Below are positions 9,111 through 14,742 of a stretch of 14,742 bases of DNA, one piece after another (within the stretch, counting starts at the first letter, position 1; each line of letters starts with the position of its first letter). Source of the stretch: an uncultured archaeon (GTDB lineage Archaea; Asgardarchaeota; Lokiarchaeia; Sigyniarchaeales; SOKP01); the NCBI GenBank assembly GCA_964493715.1, contig CAZBPC010000085.1, positions 1 through 14,742 of the forward strand. The letters are read 5' to 3'. The position numbers and the translations under genes are program-made. The notes below the pieces were generated by a model, which was given only the letters and a program-made list of their open reading frames with translations, was not told the DNA's origin and made no database searches.

Positions 9111-12100
9111 ATGGGATTAGGTATTGATTTAAATTTATTAGATTCGTTCTCAAAAGGGACTAATCTCGAAAAAGTGCAAGACATATTTAATTCAATAATG
9201 TTGAATATCGAAGAGAATTTGGGTAGTAAACCATATGAAACTAATGTTAGGATTATCATTTTAGATACAGAAAAAATAGAATTAAATTTAGAAGATCCTT
9301 TTGAATTTGGTGTAAAACGTTCTCTTGATGATTATTTAAAAATTCAAATCTCATTCAAGTGTATAAAATTTATTCCTCAAATTTTGTTAAGAGAATGCTA
9401 TAAATTGTTCATTATTCCTAAAAATCGAAAGAGTATTCAAGTTCAATTTATAGTCTACATGATAATAGAATCGGAACTCGAAACTTTGAATAACATGATA
9501 GATTGGAAGAAAACTATCAGAGGATATGAGAATTTTCAGCAGTATTTCACAGATAATGGTGATATGTTGGTAAAATTCTTAAAATTAGAAGATCCGGATA
9601 CGAAAGAAAACATCATCCCGATTCTTTTTCAGCTGATTAACTCTCTCGAGCCAGATTTTCTCAATGATACTATTTTTGAGATCATTGTAATTGAATTCAT
9701 GAATCGGATCAGGCTATATCTTCAAGATGATGATATTTTAGAAACCATAAAAGTGCTTAAAGAAATATTTTTTTCTGTTAAAAACTACCGAGCTTTACTT
9801 GAGTATCAAGATTACTTCAAGCAATTTAAAGAAAGTGGTTCAATAACAACTAACTTAAGTCTCCGCAAATTTACATCTAACGTGAGATGGCTAAATAAAC
9901 ATTCATTTTGTGCCCCTGATTACCATTTGGATTGGTTTACGATTAACATGGCGATCTATATCATCTATATTCGGTTCCATCCCTGTTGCAGGTGGAGAAA
10001 TGTTAAAATGTTTATGAAGAACTTGCCATTTTCCTTATGGCCGCAACTTACTGCAATTGGTTATGCTCAGGAATTTTTTGGGTATATCATCATTCCTAAT
10101 TCATACATAAAGGATCTGAAACAATCTCTTGAGTTTTTCAAAGGTACTGGTTTCTTTCAAGAAATTAAAATTTATGAACCCGAGACATTGCACTACTTCC
10201 TAAATCTTAATTATTACGGAAATCTTACTAAAATGGGCAAGTTCTTGCATGCTAAGCGAAAAGGATATCGCAAGGACTTCGAGCTCATTTTCAAGACAAA
10301 ATACCAGAAAAAAGTAGTTCTGAAGGAACTTTCTTTACTTGATTTTATAATATTAGATAGAGTAAGAAATTTATCTTTTACAGGATTTGGATTTGAAAGA
10401 AGAGAATCTACTTTGAAAGATTTAAAATCAGATTTATTAAAAGAGATCTCCTATCAGAAAAATGTCATAGTTCAATTAAGAAACGTGATTGATCGGTTTT
10501 CTAAATCACCAGATCTAAAAAATATGTTTTTAGATTTACTTCAAAACAATAAAAGATATAGCTTCTTTACATTCACCGAATATATGAAACAAATTGTTGA
10601 TTCTATTAGATTATCCATGGAAATTTTAGAAAAAAATTCATCTTTAACTAATCCTATTTCTTTTAATGAGTACATTAATAAGAAAGGAATCTCAATGGCA
10701 CTCCATAAAAATTTTAATCTTAATAATCAACGAGTACGAGATTTACTGGTAAATAAACTCATTCCACTTTATTTCCGCAATAGAAATCTCTTTAATGAAG
10801 AATATCAAGCATTTTTACTGTTTTTTGAATATTTATTTATTTGCAGTGAACTAAAAATATATGATTTAAATTCATTGAAAAACATTCTTGAGAATCCAGA
10901 TGCTTCAACAAGGATTTATTCTGCAAAAGAAGAAAAATTAGATTTGATATATAAGGAGTCCCAATTGAGAAATATAACAAGTACGGAAGTGGAGAATCGG
11001 CTTGAAGATTTTTCAACTTCAGTTCCCCCAATTATATCTCCAAAAATGCTGGATTCAATGATAACTGCTTTATATTCTACAATTTCATTCATTCTTCTGG
11101 CCAAAAATACAAGCAGAGTATTAAGTTTCCTAGAAAAATTAGCACACACTGTTCCACATTATACTTATTATGAATTGAAAGACATCAAGGATGATCAAAA
11201 TTTTATTTTTTGTCGATTTGGAGTTCAAGGAATAGATACTAAAGGAAAATATGAATTCTTTTCAATCGTACATAATCATTTAAAAGAGGATTTAATAATT
11301 CTTGCTCGTTTCATCCACCAAGGTTTCTATTCTACCTTTTCCCGGAGGAATTATTATGATTTCATCGATGGTACGTTCTTTTATACTCCCAATCTTTATT
11401 CAGAATTCAAAAAATCGATTGCAGATCAATTTGGGAAAAATTTGACTCCTATCTATATTCAGGCACCTATCAATCCTGATAATTTTTGGATTAGTAAAAT
11501 TCACTTAGAATCCTTTGTAGATGCATTAAACCAAAGTAGAATTATGGAACCTCAACATTTTGACTTGAATCAATTAGATCAATTGTTAAATTTTAATAGA
11601 AGATTAGAATATTATTTGCTGAATTCAAAAGCATATCAAGATTTAAGAGAAAAAGAATTCTTCCAATTTATAAATTCTATTCGAATCAAACCAATCCTTC
11701 CAGAATTTGGTTTACAGAAATATTACTTGTATTTTCAAGCAATAGATTTCAATGCAATCATACCTGAATTACTTCTTATAAATACTTTCACGTCTGTAAG
11801 ATTTAATTCACCTAGATTTGATACATATTCCTTTTTGGTTAAATATATATTTCCATATAATACTCCAAATAAAGCATATTTAAACTGGCAATTATTCTCC
11901 AAGAAAAACTTCAATGAATATTGTTTATTCACCATCAAAAAAACTCATAAAATTTTTGATTTCTCCAAAAACATCACGCGGGATGGATATAGAATTGATT
12001 ATAATCAATTCATTCAATATGTTCAAAAAATTTTATTTGATCCGTCATATAATCCCTATCATCCTAACTCCAGAACTTTGAATTTTGAAAAAACTAATTT

Positions 12101-12716
12101 TGATTCATATATATCACCTACAAATCCTAAATTTAAGGATCTATTGAAAATATTCAAGAGAAAATCTAATATCAAGAGTTTCTGGGCTACTAAAAAAGGA
12201 ACACAATTAGAACAGGTTATTGTCAGGCTTCTAAAAAATAAATTAATCTATCCATCACTGACATTTAAGAATCTAAAGCTAAGAGAATGTCTATACTTCA
12301 TCATACCTGACCTTAATGAGGAGCAAGTTAAAATTCTTATAAAATTATTCCAGTTTTTTAATGTTGTATCCATTAATGAGATATCAGGTGAATTTTTTGT
12401 TAATTCTTTTGATGAAATGATCACATTCAGCAATGGGTTGTTTATAAAATTAAAATTACCTGAAATGGAAATAAGCCCCTATGTGGATACGTGGTTTGAA
12501 GTATTTGATCATCTAAATATCAAACATTATATTTTTTTCTCCGAGTTATTCAAGACAAAGAAATGGTTACGTGAGATTTTCAAGGATTTTGATTTAAAAC
12601 ATAACTATCATCCCTTACTAAACCTACAATGGAATGATATTGACAAAATTTACAAAAATCATAAATTATTTGGCGAAAATTTCACACCACAATATCCGAA
12701 ATTAAATCCAGAATAG
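9111..12716 (+). CDS. 1201-aa protein: degenerate zincin-like N-terminus plus about four tandem Lrp/AsnC-like (wHTH + RAM) modules; putative regulator
   Basis: The ORF itself is clear; the domain call is by eye. Repeated segments resemble the Lrp wing-to-RAM junction: VRWLNKHSFCAPDYHLDWFTINMAIYIIYIRF, VENRLEDFSTSVPPIISP...SFILLA, IRIKPILPEFGLQKYYLYF and VRLLKNKLIYPSLTFKNLKLRECLYFIIP...EISGEF. No TM helix or signal peptide. Confidence 0.6.
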   Translation: MGLGIDLNLLDSFSKGTNLEKVQDIFNSIMLNIEENLGSKPYETNVRIIILDTEKIELNLEDPFEFGVKRSLDDYLKIQISFKCIKFIPQILLRECYKLFIIPKNRKSIQVQFIVYMIIESELETLNNMIDWKKTIRGYENFQQYFTDNGDMLVKFLKLEDPDTKENIIPILFQLINSLEPDFLNDTIFEIIVIEFMNRIRLYLQDDDILETIKVLKEIFFSVKNYRALLEYQDYFKQFKESGSITTNLSLRKFTSNVRWLNKHSFCAPDYHLDWFTINMAIYIIYIRFHPCCRWRNVKMFMKNLPFSLWPQLTAIGYAQEFFGYIIIPNSYIKDLKQSLEFFKGTGFFQEIKIYEPETLHYFLNLNYYGNLTKMGKFLHAKRKGYRKDFELIFKTKYQKKVVLKELSLLDFIILDRVRNLSFTGFGFERRESTLKDLKSDLLKEISYQKNVIVQLRNVIDRFSKSPDLKNMFLDLLQNNKRYSFFTFTEYMKQIVDSIRLSMEILEKNSSLTNPISFNEYINKKGISMALHKNFNLNNQRVRDLLVNKLIPLYFRNRNLFNEEYQAFLLFFEYLFICSELKIYDLNSLKNILENPDASTRIYSAKEEKLDLIYKESQLRNITSTEVENRLEDFSTSVPPIISPKMLDSMITALYSTISFILLAKNTSRVLSFLEKLAHTVPHYTYYELKDIKDDQNFIFCRFGVQGIDTKGKYEFFSIVHNHLKEDLIILARFIHQGFYSTFSRRNYYDFIDGTFFYTPNLYSEFKKSIADQFGKNLTPIYIQAPINPDNFWISKIHLESFVDALNQSRIMEPQHFDLNQLDQLLNFNRRLEYYLLNSKAYQDLREKEFFQFINSIRIKPILPEFGLQKYYLYFQAIDFNAIIPELLLINTFTSVRFNSPRFDTYSFLVKYIFPYNTPNKAYLNWQLFSKKNFNEYCLFTIKKTHKIFDFSKNITRDGYRIDYNQFIQYVQKILFDPSYNPYHPNSRTLNFEKTNFDSYISPTNPKFKDLLKIFKRKSNIKSFWATKKGTQLEQVIVRLLKNKLIYPSLTFKNLKLRECLYFIIPDLNEEQVKILIKLFQFFNVVSINEISGEFFVNSFDEMITFSNGLFIKLKLPEMEISPYVDTWFEVFDHLNIKHYIFFSELFKTKKWLREIFKDFDLKHNYHPLLNLQWNDIDKIYKNHKLFGENFTPQYPKLNPE

Positions 12717-12870
12717 TAAAAAGAACATAAGAATAGATACGGGTTTCTTCAAATAAAATTTTTTATTAATAGTCATACGATATAAAAAAAAGATTTGTAT
12801 ATACTTCTTTCTTTTTCTCTACTTCTAAAACATAAAAAATTAGATAGTAGGAGTTTAATTTATTATTTCT

Positions 12871-12890
12871 AAAAAATCGAAGTTTATATA
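12871..12890 (+). promoter_or_regulatory. BRE/TATA promoter of the small peptide gene
   Basis: A-rich AAAAAATCGAAG immediately followed by TTTATATA (12883-12890), about 52 nt before ATG 12942. Confidence 0.65.
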
Positions 12891-12925
12891 CAAGGTTCTA
12901 GAGAGATCAATACACCAAATAAGGT

Positions 12926-12932
12926 GTGAGGT
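12926..12932 (+). promoter_or_regulatory. Shine-Dalgarno GTGAGGT
   Basis: GAGGT ends 9 nt upstream of ATG 12942; this is the clearest RBS in the window. Confidence 0.7.
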
Positions 12933-12941
12933 AATATAGAA

Positions 12942-13064
12942 ATGGATAAAAATAAAATTTTTATTGCGATTTTGTCAGCTTTAAGTGTGATTTCTCTTGG
13001 AATCGCTTTAAGTTCAACTTCATACGCCGTAGGCTCCTTTTTTCCAGGCGGTGGAGTTCCTTAA
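12942..13064 (+). CDS. 40-aa secreted pre-peptide MDKNKIFIAILSALSVISLGIALSSTSYA|VGSFFPGGGVP
   Basis: Below the ORF-track length cut-off and translated by hand (ATG 12942, TAA 13062-13064). It has a basic n-region (KNK), a hydrophobic h-region, a polar c-region ending S-Y-A, and an 11-aa tail. It has its own TATA, RBS and terminator and is GC-richer than its flanks. Confidence 0.8.
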   Translation: MDKNKIFIAILSALSVISLGIALSSTSYAVGSFFPGGGVP

Positions 13065-13077
13065 TTAATCCACGTTG

Positions 13078-13117
13078 AGGAGTATGGATACATACTTTTA
13101 TTTTCTTTTTTTTTTTT
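13078..13117 (+). terminator. Hairpin plus long oligo-T terminator after the peptide gene
   Basis: AGTATG-gata-CATACT (13081-13096, extendable by G-U pairs) followed by TTTATTTTCTTTTTTTTTTTT. Confidence 0.75.
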
Positions 13118-13196
13118 GAACAAGAACTTCTTACTCGATATTATGGGATTAGATTAATTGAAATTCAATACTTCTATATTGAAATAATTACTATCA

Positions 13197-13436
13197 ATGA
13201 TGAACTCAAAAATGACAGAAAGAAAAATTTATCTAAATAATAATGTAAAAACGTTGATTAGAATTGCTAAAACTTATAATATAGATGGGAAAATGACTTT
13301 ATCAGATTTTAAAAAATATGCTGAAGAAGAAGAGATAATTGAAAAGAAATTTTATGCCCATTTTAATCAAGCTTGCTACTTAGGATACCTTAAAAGAGCT
13401 GACAATGAAGTGATCTTCATAAGAGATTACGATTAA
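13197..13436 (+). CDS. Small stand-alone winged-helix-like protein (79 aa or slightly shorter)
   Basis: Helix, GKMTLSDFKKYAEEEEI, helix EKKFYAHFNQACYLGYL, then hairpin KRADNEVIFI fits a wHTH topology. Several in-frame ATGs make the start uncertain. Confidence 0.6.
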   Translation: MMNSKMTERKIYLNNNVKTLIRIAKTYNIDGKMTLSDFKKYAEEEEIIEKKFYAHFNQACYLGYLKRADNEVIFIRDYD

Positions 13437-13592
13437 CTTAAAAAAAGAATAGAATAAAATAACATCCTATCAAAATCCAATTTTAACTTCCTTCCTATTT
13501 GTGAAATAGAATAAGAAAAATGCTATTAACTTCAAAAAAACAAGAATTAAAATTGGGATTGGATTTTCTCTACTAAGTTAGAAGATATGATC

Positions 13593-14330
13593 TCATCTTC
13601 TCTCAGAGACCGAATTTCTTGCAGAAATAGAGTTCTCAAACATAACGTTAAAGATTTCATTCGCTCTTTGTTCGATTAGCTCTCTTCTTTGAGCCTGACC
13701 TTTCTCAGACTTTTGGTATCTCTCCATCGCGATTTTACGCCATTTCTTTTCCCAGGATGGGAAACCAGTTTTAACATAGCGTTCCCGATTTGGAAAATCT
13801 TGGCAAATCCAATTAAACATAACAAAATATCTCTGAAAACCCGCCTCTGTCGTAAGCTTGCTCGATTTTATTCCTAATTTTCTTAGATGTTGAATAAATC
13901 TACCTTCCACGGCGTCTTGAAGGACTCCTTCTACAACTGCTGGCTCGTAGTATATCCCATTCTCTTCAAAATATTCTCTTACAAGATCAAAGCAATTACC
14001 ACGACATAGAAGTATCCTATCACTGTCGTTATGATTAAGAATTCTAAGAGCTTTTATAACTACTTTTAGAATGTGCTTCTTCGGTTCAAGAATGTGTTTG
14101 TTGTTATCCTCGTCGTCTTTATAGAGGTCAACAGGAACCGATTGAAATATAATTTTTTCCGTGCTCGTATCACGGAGGCCAATAAAGGCATTTCCGAGAA
14201 GATCACCAGTCCCAGCGTCATCAATTTCTATTGTTCTTCCCTTCCACTCGCTGGGGTTAATAGTGGATTGGCACGACTCTCGCTCTTCATTATTTGAGAC
14301 TCGGTCGTCTTTTTTTGTTTCTGTCTTCAT
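13593..14330 (-). CDS. Uncharacterised RNase H-fold-like protein
   Basis: N-terminal strand IEIDDAGTGDLLGNAFIG resembles the RNase HII/HIII GxDEAGRG/DESGKGD motif. Later motifs (ILLCRGNCFD, VEGVLQDAVE) do not match RNase HII. Confidence 0.6.
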   Translation of the reverse strand: MKTETKKDDRVSNNEERESCQSTINPSEWKGRTIEIDDAGTGDLLGNAFIGLRDTSTEKIIFQSVPVDLYKDDEDNNKHILEPKKHILKVVIKALRILNHNDSDRILLCRGNCFDLVREYFEENGIYYEPAVVEGVLQDAVEGRFIQHLRKLGIKSSKLTTEAGFQRYFVMFNWICQDFPNRERYVKTGFPSWEKKWRKIAMERYQKSEKGQAQRRELIEQRANEIFNVMFENSISARNSVSERR

Positions 14331-14340
14331 TTTTTGTTTC

Positions 14341-14366
14341 TATGTTTTTAAATGTTTAAAAACATA
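14341..14366. promoter_or_regulatory. 26-bp inverted repeat TATGTTTTTAAA-tg-TTTAAAAACATA; candidate operator over a TATA box
   Basis: Two perfect 12-bp arms with a 2-nt spacer, 11-36 nt upstream of the start at 14330. It contains TTTTTAAA on the - strand at TATA distance. Confidence 0.6.
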
Positions 14367-14422
14367 AATACATTTCGATTTACTTTAGCTCAAGTAATAT
14401 AGAAAAACACTTCAATCTGAAT

Positions 14423-14742
14423 TCATGGAAAATGATCTGTTTTTTCGTTGATTTTTCTTAATGTAAACTTAAATTTCACGTTTATCTTTTTATAGATTAT
14501 ATATAAAATTTGAAGGATAATGATGGTGGATAAATTAAATAGAAAATTATTTTTCCAAAATCCAATGAATGGGATTTTAAATTGAACTATTCCTAGAATA
14601 GCTTCTTGAGGAATGTATATGATATTAGATTTATTGTATTCAAATAATAAATAGCCAGGACTTGATAATAATGTTCTATACATGCCATCAAATTCATATC
14701 CACTATTACCTCCTTTCGTCATAAAATACCAGCTTCCATTTA
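14423..14742 (-). CDS. C-terminal part of a Sec11/S26B-type signal peptidase I-like protein (5' end beyond window edge)
   Basis: The frame stays open past the annotated ATG to the window end: NGSWYFMTKGGNSGYEFDG...IYIPQEAILGIVQFKIPFIGF followed by a TM helix. This matches the TKGDNN box and the 'iiGkv...IP.iG' tail of Sec11/SipW peptidases. The catalytic Ser/His would lie outside the window. Confidence 0.7.
   Translation of the reverse strand, partial: NGSWYFMTKGGNSGYEFDGMYRTLLSSPGYLLFEYNKSNIIYIPQEAILGIVQFKIPFIGFWKNNFLFNLSTIIILQILYIIYKKINVKFKFTLRKINEKTDHFP

Noticed and set aside
1359-12433. Short nested ORFs 1359-1592, 4017-4256, 7605-7988, 10837-11031, 10916-11149, 11735-11938 and 12248-12433
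   Set aside because: All lie antisense inside longer, better-supported genes and carry no motifs of their own.
13047-13061. GGG near the peptide C-terminus read as a double-glycine bacteriocin leader
   Set aside because: Cleavage would leave only 2-3 residues, no C39 peptidase/ABC exporter or RiPP enzyme is in the window, and the leader is Sec-type.
13437-13595. Selenocysteine read-through of the TGA at 13593-13595 with a downstream SECIS
   Set aside because: Read-through meets TAA after four codons, and the downstream structure has no AUGA/GA core in its 5' arm.
13689-14367. + strand ORFs 13689-13877, 14073-14297 and 14161-14367
   Set aside because: Antisense shadows of the 245-aa gene.
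14720-14722. ATG 14722 as the start of a 99-aa protein
   Set aside because: The frame is open to the window edge and this Met lies inside the YFMTKG peptidase motif.
1-14742. CRISPR array, tRNA/rRNA, transposase or integrase
   Set aside because: No regularly spaced repeats, GC-rich structured RNA blocks or recombinase/transposase motifs were seen.

Overview
AT-rich archaeal window, most likely Asgard (Lokiarchaeia-like). This is inferred from the TTTATATA boxes, oligo-T terminators, GAGGT-type RBS and gene families, not from a database search. From left to right it contains: a PIN nuclease + TPR-like gene running off the left edge (missed by the ORF track), mobB, a 640-aa helical hypothetical, a PurM-like/AIR-synthase-related protein, two convergent membrane proteins, a small hypothetical, an ADP-forming acyl-CoA synthetase alpha subunit, and a 1201-aa protein with about four tandem Lrp/AsnC-like modules. 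Directly after that sits an unannotated 40-aa secreted pre-peptide (12942-13064) with its own TATA box, RBS and hairpin/oligo-T terminator. It is followed by a stand-alone winged-helix protein, an RNase H-fold-like protein behind a 26-bp palindrome, and the 3' end of a Sec11/S26B-type signal peptidase with an altered motif. The most interesting hypothesis is that the giant regulator, the exported 11-aa peptide and possibly the nearby variant signal peptidase form an archaeal peptide-signalling cassette, analogous in layout to bacterial Rap-Phr, PlcR-PapR or AimR-AimP. No rRNA, tRNA, CRISPR array or transposase was seen.
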